This document shows, one piece after another, positions 1 to 8,803 of a stretch of DNA of 32,000 nt; within the stretch, counting starts at the first letter, position 1; each line of letters begins with the position of its first letter. The position numbers and the translations under genes were made by a program. The notes below the pieces were generated by a model. It ran no database searches. It saw only the letters and a program-made list of their open reading frames with translations, and was not told where the DNA came from. The stretch covers positions 25,556 to 57,555 of the forward strand of contig JAFVFL010000033.1 in NCBI GenBank assembly GCA_017475555.1, read 5' to 3'. The stretch is from Ruminococcus sp. Lineage in GTDB: Bacteria > Bacillota > Clostridia > Oscillospirales > Ruminococcaceae.

Positions 1-1
1 T

Positions 2-2089
2 ATTTCCGAATCTCAGGAGAGAATGGCGGTCGTTGTCGCACCGGAGGACGTTGAGAGATTCATGGCTGAGGCGAAAAAGGAGAACCTTGAGGCAACTCTT
101 GTTGCTGAGGTTGTTGAGGAGCCGAGGCTGAAAATGAACTGGAACGGCAATACCATTGTTGACCTGTCAAGGGAGTTCCTCAACTCAAACGGTGCCCCGA
201 AGTTCACAGATATCACTGTTGAAGAGCCTGCGGCTGACCATTCAGAGCCGGTTACGGACAATGCAGACGCATGGAGCGACCTTATGGGCAGCCTGAACGT
301 ATGCTCACAGAAGGGACTTATAGAAAAATTTGATTCGACTATCGGTGCTGGTACGGTGCTTATGCCGTTCGGCGGCATATATCAGCTCTCACCGTCTCAG
401 GCTATGGCGGCGAAGATACCGGTGCTCAGGGGCGAGACGAACACCTGCTCACTCATGGGCTGGGGCTATAATCCGGATATTTCGGAGAAATCTCCCTATC
501 ACGGTGCAATGCTCGCAGTTGTTGAGTCGATCGCAAAGGTCGTTGCGGCAGGCGGCTCATACAAGCACTGCTGGCTGACGTTCCAGGAGTATTTTGAGCG
601 TACTCAGAATGACCCGAAGCGTTGGGGCAAGCCTATGGCGGCTCTGCTCGGTGCGTTCAGGGCTCAGCTGGAGCTCGGCTGCGGCTCTATCGGCGGTAAG
701 GACTCAATGTCCGGTACGTTCGAGGATATCGACGTTCCGCCTACGCTCGTATCGTTCGCAGTATCGACTGCCGCTGCCGGAAAGATAGTGTCTACGGAGT
801 TCAAGATGCCCGGCGGCAATGTCATTATGCTCAGCCCTGACTATGATGAGAACGGACTGCCGGTATTCAGCTCTGTAAAGGAGACATTCGACAAGGTCGA
901 GAAAATGATAGCAGAGGGCAGAGCTAACGCTGTATGGACTTTAGGATACGGCGGTGCAGCTGAGGGTATCGCAAAGATGTGCTTCGGCAACAGGCTCGGC
1001 TTCAGATTCAGCGACAGGCTGACGGCGGAGGAGCTTTTCCGTCCGTGCTACGGCTCGTTCATCATCGAGCTTATCGGTGAGCCGCAGGAGGGCGAGAGAG
1101 TGATCGGTACGACTATCTCTGAGTACAGGATAGCCGCTCCGGAGTATAATGTAGACCTTGAGCAGCTGCAAAGAGTATGGGAGAGCAGGCTTGAGCCGGT
1201 ATTCCCGTGCAGGATAAAGACCACTGACAAGACCCCGGAGACATATTCCTCACCGGCTGTCACACGCATAAGTGCTGATGTGAAGATAGCCCGTCCGAAG
1301 GTGCTTATCCCGGTATTTCCCGGAACTAACTGCGAGTATGACACCGAGAGGGCGTTCCGCAGGGCAGGTGCTGAGACAGAGACTGTCGTTATACGCAATC
1401 TGTCCGCAGGCGATATCGAGGAGAGCGTTGAGTATTTCGAGAAGGCGATACGCCAGAGCCAGATAATCATGATACCCGGAGGCTTCAGCGGAGGTGACGA
1501 GCCGGAGGGCAGCGGTAAGTTCATAACCGCATTCTTCCGCAATCCCCGCATAAAGGACGCAGTTCACGACCTGCTGAAGAACCGTGACGGACTTATGCTC
1601 GGTATCTGCAACGGCTTCCAGGCACTTATAAAGCTCGGACTTGTGCCGTTCGGTGAGATTACTGATATGACTGATGATTCACCGACACTGACGTTCAATA
1701 CCATAAACCGCCACCAGTCGATGATGGTCAATACACGTATCGCTTCGAACCGCTCACCGTGGCTGTACGGCTGTGAGGTAGGCGACATTCACGCAGTACC
1801 GATATCGCATGGTGAGGGACGCTTCGTTGCACCGGAGAGCCTTATCCAGAGGCTTGCGGAGAACGGGCAGATAGCTACGCAGTACGTTGATATAAACGGC
1901 AAGCCCACAATGGATATCCGCTACAATCCCAACACCTCAGTTGAGGCGATAGAGGGCATAACCTCGCCGGACGGCAGGGTATTCGGAAAGATGGGCCACT
2001 CAGAGAGAAAGGGACGCTGCATCTGCAAGAATGTCGGCGGAAACAAGGATCAGAGGATCTTTGAGAGCGGAGTGGCTTACTTCGGCTGA
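2..2089 (+). CDS. purL: Phosphoribosylformylglycinamidine (FGAM) synthase, fused large type, C-terminal ~695 aa (5' end outside window)
   Basis: The frame is open from nt 2 to the stop at 2087-2089. The product has an AIR-synthase-like FGAM synthase body followed by a class-I glutamine amidotransferase module, with nucleophile elbow LGICNGFQ and an SHGEGR His/Glu motif. The ATG at 23 is therefore internal. Confidence 0.9.
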   Translation: MSESQERMAVVVAPEDVERFMAEAKKENLEATLVAEVVEEPRLKMNWNGNTIVDLSREFLNSNGAPKFTDITVEEPAADHSEPVTDNADAWSDLMGSLNVCSQKGLIEKFDSTIGAGTVLMPFGGIYQLSPSQAMAAKIPVLRGETNTCSLMGWGYNPDISEKSPYHGAMLAVVESIAKVVAAGGSYKHCWLTFQEYFERTQNDPKRWGKPMAALLGAFRAQLELGCGSIGGKDSMSGTFEDIDVPPTLVSFAVSTAAAGKIVSTEFKMPGGNVIMLSPDYDENGLPVFSSVKETFDKVEKMIAEGRANAVWTLGYGGAAEGIAKMCFGNRLGFRFSDRLTAEELFRPCYGSFIIELIGEPQEGERVIGTTISEYRIAAPEYNVDLEQLQRVWESRLEPVFPCRIKTTDKTPETYSSPAVTRISADVKIARPKVLIPVFPGTNCEYDTERAFRRAGAETETVVIRNLSAGDIEESVEYFEKAIRQSQIIMIPGGFSGGDEPEGSGKFITAFFRNPRIKDAVHDLLKNRDGLMLGICNGFQALIKLGLVPFGEITDMTDDSPTLTFNTINRHQSMMVNTRIASNRSPWLYGCEVGDIHAVPISHGEGRFVAPESLIQRLAENGQIATQYVDINGKPTMDIRYNPNTSVEAIEGITSPDGRVFGKMGHSERKGRCICKNVGGNKDQRIFESGVAYFG

Positions 2090-2101
2090 TGACAGAACAA
2101 G

Positions 2102-2134
2102 CGGCAGCACCGGTGAGGTGCTGCCGTGTTTTAT
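2102..2134 (+). terminator. Rho-independent terminator after purL
   Basis: 10-bp GC-rich stem cggcagcacc/ggtgctgccg (2102-2111 / 2117-2126) with a 5-nt loop, followed by tgttttat. It begins 13 nt after the purL stop. Confidence 0.7.
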
Positions 2135-2136
2135 GC

Positions 2137-2168
2137 AAAATATTATTTTTGTGCAAAAATAATATTTT
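2137..2168. repeat. Perfect AT-only 14-bp inverted repeat (aaaatattattttt-gtgc-aaaaataatatttt)
   Basis: Read directly: arms 2137-2150 and 2155-2168 are exact reverse complements. It ends 4 nt before the -35 of the glgA promoter. Confidence 0.6.
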
Positions 2169-2172
2169 TCTC

Positions 2173-2201
2173 TTGACTAATACTGAAATTTGGTATATAA
2201 T
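2173..2201 (+). promoter_or_regulatory. Sigma-70/SigA-type promoter for glgA
   Basis: TTGACT (2173-2178), 17-nt spacer, TATAAT (2196-2201). It lies ~85 nt upstream of the glgA ATG. Confidence 0.55.
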
Positions 2202-2288
2202 AAATGCAGAGACTGACCAGATCAGTTTTACTGAGCAATTATAAATATCACAAAATTATCCAAAATATTATAAAAGGAGCTGAGATCT

Positions 2289-3743
2289 ATGAAAAATATT
2301 CTCTTTGCCGCTTCTGAATGCGTTCCGTTCATAAAGACAGGCGGTCTGGCGGACGTTGTAGGTGCGCTTCCGCAGTATATCAACAGGGACGAGTTCGATG
2401 TAAGGGTGATAATGCCGTACTATACCTGCATAAAGCCCCAGTTTCGTGACAATTTCAAGTATGTCACACATTTCTATATGGACTACGGCCTTCGTCCGGA
2501 CGGCGTTCATGTCGGTATCATGGAGTACGAATACGAGGGGATAAAGTTCTATTTCGTTGACAATGAGTATTACTTCAAGTGCGATTATCCCTATTCGTCC
2601 GATATGAAGTGGGATATCGAGAGATATACCTTCTTCTGCAAGGCTGTGCTTGCGATACTTCCGGTAGTCGGCTTCCGCCCGGATATTATCCATTGCCACG
2701 ACTGGCAGGCTTCGATGATACCGGTGTTCATGCACTCCACATTTGCAACGAACCCGTTTTTCAGCTCCACAAAGACTATCATGACTATCCATAACCTGAA
2801 ATTCCAGGGCGTATGGGATATCGAAACATTCAAGTACAACACCGCACTGCCGGATTATATGTTCACCTCCGACAAGCTTGAGTTCCATAAGGGTGCGAAT
2901 ATGCTCAAGGGCGGTCTTGTGTATGCTGACTATATCACGACTGTCTCGGAGACCTATGCTGAGGAGATAAAGCTTCCGTTCTATGGCGAGCAGCTTGACG
3001 GGCTTCTGAGAGCTCGCTCGGCTTCGCTCAGGGGTATCGTCAACGGCATTGACTATAAGGTGTTCAATCCGGCGAACGATGAGCAGATATTTGCTGAGTA
3101 CAGCCCTGACAGTGCAAAGGAGCAGAAGGCTGTCAACAAGGAGAAGCTCCAGGAGGAGCTCGGACTGCCGGTAGACAGGAACAAGTATATGATCGGCATA
3201 ATCAGCCGTCTTACCGACCAGAAGGGGCTTGACCTTGTGAACTACGCTATCGAGCGTATACTTGACGAGAATACGCAGTTTGTCGTTATCGGTACGGGCG
3301 ACCCGAGGTATGAGAATATGTTCAAGCATTACCAGTGGAAGTACCCGGAGAGAATGTCGGCGAATATACTCTATTCTGACCAGCTCGCCCACAAGCTCTA
3401 TGCCGCAGCTGATACTATGCTCATGCCGTCGCTCTTCGAGCCGTGCGGACTTACTCAGCTTATCGCACTCAGATACGGTACAGTGCCGATAGTGCGTGAG
3501 ACCGGCGGACTCAAGGACACAGTACAGCCCTACAATGAGTTCGAGGGCACAGGTACGGGCTTCTCGTTCGCTAACTACAACGGAGATGAGATGCTCGGTG
3601 TTATCAACTACTCAAAGAGCGTATACTATGACCACAGAGCAGAGTGGGATAAGATGGTACGCAGGGGCATGGAGGCTGATTTCTCGTGGAACAGCTCAGC
3701 AAGGCAGTATGAGGGTATGTATACCTGGATGATAAACTGGTAA
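2289..3743 (+). CDS. glgA: Glycogen (starch) synthase, ADP-glucose type
   Basis: N-terminus MKNILFAASECVPFIKTGGLADVVGALP is the classic GlgA KTGGL motif. Length is 484 aa, with GT5/GT1 C-terminal motifs (LMPSLFEPCGLTQL). SD aaaaggag lies upstream of the ATG at 2289. Confidence 0.95.
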   Translation: MKNILFAASECVPFIKTGGLADVVGALPQYINRDEFDVRVIMPYYTCIKPQFRDNFKYVTHFYMDYGLRPDGVHVGIMEYEYEGIKFYFVDNEYYFKCDYPYSSDMKWDIERYTFFCKAVLAILPVVGFRPDIIHCHDWQASMIPVFMHSTFATNPFFSSTKTIMTIHNLKFQGVWDIETFKYNTALPDYMFTSDKLEFHKGANMLKGGLVYADYITTVSETYAEEIKLPFYGEQLDGLLRARSASLRGIVNGIDYKVFNPANDEQIFAEYSPDSAKEQKAVNKEKLQEELGLPVDRNKYMIGIISRLTDQKGLDLVNYAIERILDENTQFVVIGTGDPRYENMFKHYQWKYPERMSANILYSDQLAHKLYAAADTMLMPSLFEPCGLTQLIALRYGTVPIVRETGGLKDTVQPYNEFEGTGTGFSFANYNGDEMLGVINYSKSVYYDHRAEWDKMVRRGMEADFSWNSSARQYEGMYTWMINW

Positions 3744-3760
3744 GCAGAATAATAAGCAAA

Positions 3761-3790
3761 AGACCTGTCCGGAAGCCTCCGGGCAGGTCT
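3761..3790 (+). terminator. Hairpin after glgA without U-tract (weak or partial terminator)
   Basis: 12-bp stem 3761-3772 / 3779-3790 with one G-U pair and a 6-nt loop. On the + strand it is followed by gctgataaagg, with no T run. Confidence 0.3.
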
Positions 3791-3818
3791 GCTGATAAAG
3801 GAGTATGATGAGCCTGAT

Positions 3819-5177
3819 ATGGCATATTATCAGAACGAGCGTGAAATAAGAAATCCGTTTCTTGAATTTTGCCTCGGCGGTGCGGAGACGATCAGGATAT
3901 TCCGGGGGAACTGGCTGCTGATGAAGCTGATCGAGAGACGGCTGCTGGAGGAGAGGACGAGATTCTTTGAGACCTTTTCCGGCGTGACACTGGGCAGTGA
4001 CCATTCTCTGACTGCACTCGGACTTGAGGAGCTTATGAGGCTGAGGAGCAATGAAAATACGGAGCTTCTTTCCCATATCATCGGGCTGCACAGCAGGGCG
4101 TACAGATACGCAAGTGCTTCGCAGGAGGCGTTTTTGCTTCCGCCGGAGCAGGTGACGGCTTTTTCGGCAGAGTGTATACACCTGATCGGAAGTGTGCTGA
4201 ATGCGTACCTTGAAAATGGCAGAAATGATGTTTTCCGGAGCGTTGTGAGGGATACGGCGGCTGCGGTCAGGGACGAGCTGTACACCGAGATGAACAGTCA
4301 GATAGAGGTGGACGATTCGCCGGTGTTTTCGGATATGCAGAGGATGTTCCTGAGCGGAGTGCTGCCGGACGGCGTAAGACCGGAGGAAAGCGTGGAGGTA
4401 AGTATAAAGCAGCTTGCGGTGTACATTGAGACAGCGGAGAGCTTTATCGGTAGTGTTGACAGCCTTCCGAAGAGCGGTGCTGCACCGAGCGGTATCCCGG
4501 CTATGTCTGATGAGCAGGAACTGAAAATAAAGGGTGCAGTATTCGATATGGACGGGCTTCTCATCGACACCGAAAAGCTTTATGTGAGGTACTGGAGGCA
4601 GGCTGCACGGGAGCTTGGGTACGATATGCAGGACTGGCACGTTTACGCTATACGAAGCCTTGCAAGACCATATTCGATAAAGAAGCTGAAGCAGTTTTTC
4701 GGGGAGGACTGTCCCACTGAGGAGATCCGTGCCCGGAGGACGGAGCTTATCATGGAGCATATCCGGAAGTATGGCGTTGAGACAAAGCCCGGAATGTCCG
4801 AGCTTCTCGGCTACCTGAAAGAACACGGCATAAGGCTTGCGGTCGCTACCTCTACGGCGAGTGACCGGACGTATCCGCTGCTGGACAGTATCAATGCGAG
4901 AAGGTATTTTGATGCGGTGATATGCGGAGATATGATAATCACTGGCAAGCCTGACCCGTGCATATACCAGACTGCGGCGGCAGCACTCGGACTTTGCCCG
5001 GAGGAATGTGCGGCATTTGAGGATTCTCCGAACGGCATACGCTCGGCACATGACGCAGGCTGTAAGGCGATAATGATACCGGATCTCACTCCGCCGGACG
5101 ATTTTGTGAAGCCGCTGCTCAGCGGAGTTTACGAAAGTCTTGACAAGGCGAAGGAGTTCTTTGAGGGGAGGATATAG
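3819..5177 (+). CDS. Fusion protein: unknown ~230-aa N-terminal domain plus C-terminal HAD-IA hydrolase (beta-phosphoglucomutase/sugar-phosphatase-like)
   Basis: The C-terminal half carries all four HAD motifs: I FDMDGLLIDTE, II LAVATST, III GKPDP, IV FEDSPNGIRSAHDAG. The N-terminal half has no motif I recognise. Start choice is uncertain because the SD aaggag (3798-3803) is 15 nt from the ATG at 3819. Confidence 0.75.
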   Translation: MAYYQNEREIRNPFLEFCLGGAETIRIFRGNWLLMKLIERRLLEERTRFFETFSGVTLGSDHSLTALGLEELMRLRSNENTELLSHIIGLHSRAYRYASASQEAFLLPPEQVTAFSAECIHLIGSVLNAYLENGRNDVFRSVVRDTAAAVRDELYTEMNSQIEVDDSPVFSDMQRMFLSGVLPDGVRPEESVEVSIKQLAVYIETAESFIGSVDSLPKSGAAPSGIPAMSDEQELKIKGAVFDMDGLLIDTEKLYVRYWRQAARELGYDMQDWHVYAIRSLARPYSIKKLKQFFGEDCPTEEIRARRTELIMEHIRKYGVETKPGMSELLGYLKEHGIRLAVATSTASDRTYPLLDSINARRYFDAVICGDMIITGKPDPCIYQTAAAALGLCPEECAAFEDSPNGIRSAHDAGCKAIMIPDLTPPDDFVKPLLSGVYESLDKAKEFFEGRI

Positions 5178-5432
5178 ATGGCAGGGACAAGCGTTTCGGA
5201 GATTTTTGAGATACCGAAATTTTTCTACTTTGAGAGCGGAAATGACTATTCCGGCAGTAAGGGCGATTTTTCGTACAAGATCGTCAACGGCGAGAAGCTG
5301 CACTGTATGACATGGCACGGGAGACTGTGCTCTGAAAAGGCGGCTGTTGAGCATGAGGAGGATTTTGAGAAAACGCAGGAGGGCTTCGATTCCATGATAA
5401 AATGGCTTGAGGAGAAATTTGCCGAGGGATAA
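5178..5432 (+). CDS. Hypothetical small protein (84 aa), translationally coupled to the HAD fusion gene
   Basis: The ATG at 5178 directly abuts the TAG stop of the upstream gene (5175-5177). A strong SD gaggggagg (5163-5171) sits 6 nt upstream. Composition is acidic and soluble-looking. No family was recognised. Confidence 0.55.
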   Translation: MAGTSVSEIFEIPKFFYFESGNDYSGSKGDFSYKIVNGEKLHCMTWHGRLCSEKAAVEHEEDFEKTQEGFDSMIKWLEEKFAEG

Positions 5433-5590
5433 AATAAATGAAAAACCCGGTCAGGGCAGGCATTGATCTGGCAGAGAGACTAAATGTACGGGGAAGAACC
5501 ATTTTCAGATGGCTCTTCCCCGATATCATATATTTAACTCTTCATAAGGTCATTGCTCTTATCCTGACCGGGATATTGTTTATAGATAAA

Positions 5591-6517
5591 TCACTCAAAA
5601 AGCGGAGTTGAAAGATAGCGCTCACCTGTATCGGGGAGGAGTGCAACGATAGTCTTGCCCTTGTTCTCAGGTCTCTTAGCGAGCTGTATAGCTGCCCAGA
5701 GAGCTGCACCGGAGGATATGCCGACAAGCACGCCCTCGCTGCGGGCAATGAGTCTGCCGGTCGCAAAAGCGTCATCGCTGCTTACCTTGATTATCTCATC
5801 GTATATCTTGGTGTTGAGTGTGTCCGGAACGAAGCCTGCACCGATACCCTGTATCTTGTGCGGACCTGCCTTGCCCTCAGAAAGTACGGGCGAGGTATCA
5901 GGCTCTACTGCAACGACCTTGACATCGGGATTCTTTGACTTGAGATATGCACCTGTACCGCTGATAGTTCCGCCTGTGCCGACACCTGCGACGAAGATAT
6001 CCACCTTACCCTCGGTATCGCCCCATATCTCAACGCCTGTAGTACGCTCGTGAACTGCCGGGTTAGCCGGGTTTGTGAACTGTGAGGGGATAAAGCTGTT
6101 CTCTATCTCCTTAGAAAGCTCCTCTGCCTTAGCGATAGCACCCTTCATGCCCTTTGCACCCTCAGTCAGCACAAGCTCTGCACCATATGCCTTCATAAGA
6201 TTGCGGCGCTCGATACTCATCGTCTCAGGCATTGTGATGATAAGCCTGTAGCCTCTTGAGGCTGCCACAGAAGCAAGACCGATACCGGTATTTCCGCTCG
6301 TAGGCTCGATTATAACGCTTCCGGGCTTGAGGACACCCTTTGCCTCTGCATCGTCGATCATAGCCTTAGCGATCCTGTCCTTAACGCTTCCAGCCGGGTT
6401 GAAATACTCAAGCTTTGCGAGGATCTTTGCACCAAGCTCCTCGTTCTTTTCAACATTGCCCAGCTCAAGCAGGGGAGTCGAGCCTATGAGGTCTGTGATC
6501 TTCTTATAAACTGCCAT
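5591..6517 (-). CDS. cysK: Cysteine synthase A (O-acetylserine sulfhydrylase)
   Basis: 308 aa. Starts [19 protein letters not shown]. Has the PLP-lysine motif NPAGSVKDR, the TSGNTG loop and [12 protein letters not shown] aaaggag lies upstream of the ATG. Confidence 0.93.
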   Translation of the reverse strand: MAVYKKITDLIGSTPLLELGNVEKNEELGAKILAKLEYFNPAGSVKDRIAKAMIDDAEAKGVLKPGSVIIEPTSGNTGIGLASVAASRGYRLIITMPETMSIERRNLMKAYGAELVLTEGAKGMKGAIAKAEELSKEIENSFIPSQFTNPANPAVHERTTGVEIWGDTEGKVDIFVAGVGTGGTISGTGAYLKSKNPDVKVVAVEPDTSPVLSEGKAGPHKIQGIGAGFVPDTLNTKIYDEIIKVSSDDAFATGRLIARSEGVLVGISSGAALWAAIQLAKRPENKGKTIVALLPDTGERYLSTPLFE

Positions 6518-6627
6518 TGTGATTACTCCTTTGCAATTGATTGTAATTGATTTATTTTTGAAGCAGATAAGCGGGTATTAAAGATATATTCAATAATACA
6601 TTTCACCTATCTGTTTGGTATGATTAC

Positions 6628-6656
6628 ATTATAGCACAGTCTCCTGCGTTTGTCAA
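6628..6656 (-). promoter_or_regulatory. SigA-type promoter for cysK
   Basis: On the minus strand: TTGACA (6651-6656), 17-nt spacer, TGc-TATAAT (6628-6633) with an extended -10. The leader is ~100 nt. Confidence 0.6.
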
Positions 6657-6723
6657 TACCTTTTTTGAAGATTCTGAAAAATATTTTTAAATCCTATAGG
6701 TTCAGTGTGGAATTGACTGGTTA

Positions 6724-6752
6724 TTGACAAGATAGTGCAGAAATGGTATAAT
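6724..6752 (+). promoter_or_regulatory. SigA-type promoter for purB operon
   Basis: TTGACA (6724-6729), 17-nt spacer, TGg-TATAAT (6747-6752) with an extended -10. The leader is ~55 nt. Confidence 0.65.
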
Positions 6753-6813
6753 CAGGATATAGTTATCTGTATTTTATATTTTAAAAGTATTATATTCAAA
6801 GGAGTAATGTATC

Positions 6814-8253
6814 ATGAGCGGAAATTATAACAGCTACGAAAGCCCCTTCTGTACACGATATGCAAGCGAGGAGATGCAGTACGTTTTCTCGGCTGATAAG
6901 AAATTCACTACATGGAGGCGGCTCTGGGTCGCTCTGGCAAGGGCTGAGATGAAGCTCGGACTGCCTGTCACTCAGGCTCAGGTAGACCAGCTTGAGGCAC
7001 ATATCAATGATATCGACTATGAGGCGGCTGAGGCTCGTGAGCGTATCACCCGCCATGATGTTATGGCTCACGTTTTCACCTATGGTCAGGCGTGTCCGGA
7101 TGCCGCAGGTATTATCCACCTCGGTGCGACCTCATGCTATGTAGGCGACAACACGGACGTTATCATCATGCGTGACGCCCTTAAAATAGTACGCAGAAAG
7201 CTCATAAATGTGATGAATAACCTTGCGAAATTCGCTGAGGAGTATAAGGCTATGCCATGCCTTGCATATACCCATTTGCAGCCGGCTCAGCTCACTACTG
7301 TCGGCAAGAGGGCTACGCTCTGGCTCAACGAGCTGCTCATGGATTATGATGACCTGGAGTACAGGCTTTCCACTCTGAAGCTGCTCGGCTCTAAGGGCAC
7401 TACCGGCACTCAGGCTTCATTCATGGAGCTTTTTGAGGGCGATACGGATAAGATAAAGGAGCTTGAAAGGCTCATCGCTGAGGAAATGGGCTTTGACAGC
7501 GTTGTACCGGTATCAGGTCAGACATATTCAAGAAAGATGGATTCTCAGGTGCTTTCCGTACTCGGCGGCATAGCTCAGACAGCAAGCAAGTTCTCCAACG
7601 ATATGCGTCTCCTGCAAAGCTTCAAGGAAATGGAGGAGCCGAGAGAGAAGAAGCAGATAGGCTCGTCGGCTATGGCGTATAAGAGAAATCCTATGCGGTG
7701 CGAGAGAATAACCTCACTTGCGAGATATGTCATGATAGATACCCTCAATCCGGCATTTACGGCTGGAACACAGTGGTTCGAGAGGACTCTTGATGACTCC
7801 GCAAACAAGCGTATCAGCGTGGCAGAGGCGTTCCTCGGCGTAGATGCGATACTCAATATAATGATGAACGTCACGGACGGACTTGTAGTGTATCCGGAGA
7901 TGATACGCCGCAGAGTTATGGCGGAGCTGCCGTTCATGGCGAGCGAGAATATCATGATGGACGCTGTGAAGAAGGGCGGAAACCGTCAGGTGCTGCACGA
8001 CAGGATAATGGACTACTCTATGGAGGCTGGTGCAAACGTAAAGGAGCGCGGGCTTGACAATAATCTCTGTGAGCTTATTGAGGCTGACCCGCTGTTCATG
8101 GTGAACAAGGAGGAGCTTGAGTCTGTGCTCAAGCCGGAGAATTACACCGGAAGAAGCGAGCAGCAGGTGGAGGAGTTCCTGAATGAGTATATCAAGCCCA
8201 TACTTTCGGCAAATTCCGATATACTTGGAGAGAATTTCGAGATGAAGAACTGA
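6814..8253 (+). CDS. purB: Adenylosuccinate lyase (long, eukaryote-like subtype)
   Basis: 479 aa. The N-terminus SPFCTRYASEEMQYVFSADKKFTTWRRLWVALARAE and the signature SSAMAYKRNPMRCE are typical of the fumarase/ASL superfamily and ADSL. Confidence 0.95.
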   Translation: MSGNYNSYESPFCTRYASEEMQYVFSADKKFTTWRRLWVALARAEMKLGLPVTQAQVDQLEAHINDIDYEAAEARERITRHDVMAHVFTYGQACPDAAGIIHLGATSCYVGDNTDVIIMRDALKIVRRKLINVMNNLAKFAEEYKAMPCLAYTHLQPAQLTTVGKRATLWLNELLMDYDDLEYRLSTLKLLGSKGTTGTQASFMELFEGDTDKIKELERLIAEEMGFDSVVPVSGQTYSRKMDSQVLSVLGGIAQTASKFSNDMRLLQSFKEMEEPREKKQIGSSAMAYKRNPMRCERITSLARYVMIDTLNPAFTAGTQWFERTLDDSANKRISVAEAFLGVDAILNIMMNVTDGLVVYPEMIRRRVMAELPFMASENIMMDAVKKGGNRQVLHDRIMDYSMEAGANVKERGLDNNLCELIEADPLFMVNKEELESVLKPENYTGRSEQQVEEFLNEYIKPILSANSDILGENFEMKN

Positions 8254-8254
8254 G

Positions 8255-8770
8255 ATGACCGTAAGTCACCGGATACTGAGCATTTTTATGCTCATGACCG
8301 GTATATTGTTCCTTGGAATGGCTCATTCAAGGGAGAAGCCGGCAGTCCTCAGGGAGTGGAAAAAAGCCCGTGGGAAGATAATTGATTCGGACGAATATAA
8401 CTTCAAGATCGAGTATGAGTACAGCGGTCAGGTGCATTTCTATGACTGCCGCAAGGACGAGTTTTATCTGCTCATGGGCTATACTCCGCATACTGTGCCT
8501 ACTGCTGAGATGGCGGTCTGGGCAGAGAAGCAGAGGAATATCATGAACAGGCTCATGCGTAAGGGCTACACCCGTGACTATTTCTTCAGGCTGTGTGTCG
8601 GCAAACGAATGCTGGTCTGGTGCGACGGGGATTCGCCGGAGAAAGTCTACAGGGTGTGGAGCACCGACAAGGCTGAGCGTTCAGTCGCAAGGGCTTTCCG
8701 GACTATCGGGATAGCGTTGATAATTCTGACGGTGCTTGCGGCATACAGCGAGATCTCAGGGAACAGATGA
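8255..8770 (+). CDS. Membrane protein, DUF3592-like (N- and C-terminal TM helices flanking a small beta domain)
   Basis: The ATG at 8255 is 1 nt after the purB stop. N-terminal TM helix ILSIFMLMTGILFLGMA and C-terminal TM helix IGIALIILTVLAAY are present. The W..ARGKIID...YEYSGQVH pattern resembles DUF3592 as I recall it. Confidence 0.55.
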   Translation: MTVSHRILSIFMLMTGILFLGMAHSREKPAVLREWKKARGKIIDSDEYNFKIEYEYSGQVHFYDCRKDEFYLLMGYTPHTVPTAEMAVWAEKQRNIMNRLMRKGYTRDYFFRLCVGKRMLVWCDGDSPEKVYRVWSTDKAERSVARAFRTIGIALIILTVLAAYSEISGNR

Positions 8771-8803
8771 TATCGGGAGCGAAAGGATAACGGAGAAAAT
8801 AAA

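Noticed and set aside
23-2089. Fused PurL-PurQ architecture as an unusual feature for a Gram-positive organism
   Set aside because: Large single-chain FGAM synthases are, to my knowledge, widespread in several Clostridia lineages as well as in Gram-negatives. It is noted in the feature call only.
2268-3392. A 374-aa minus-strand ORF antisense to glgA
   Set aside because: The argument is the same. glgA on the + strand is unambiguous, and the antisense product is low-complexity (L/R/I/V/H-rich). Its start would sit inside the glgA SD/start region, and it has no signals of its own.
3696-5354. A 552-aa ORF on the minus strand spanning the whole HAD-fusion gene and the start of the 84-aa ORF
   Set aside because: It lies exactly antisense to a + strand frame with unmistakable HAD motifs. 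Its product is Arg/Leu/Cys/His-rich with no recognisable motif, and no SD precedes its ATG. Long antisense frames are expected opposite codon-biased genes at this GC content.
6518-6813. Riboswitch or T-box in the divergent cysK-purB intergenic region, and the identical 12-mer caaaggagtaat at both ends on opposite strands
   Set aside because: Once both consensus promoters are placed, the leaders are only ~100 nt (cysK) and ~55 nt (purB), with no S-box, T-box or purine-riboswitch features. The shared 12-mer is simply the SD plus spacer of the two genes.
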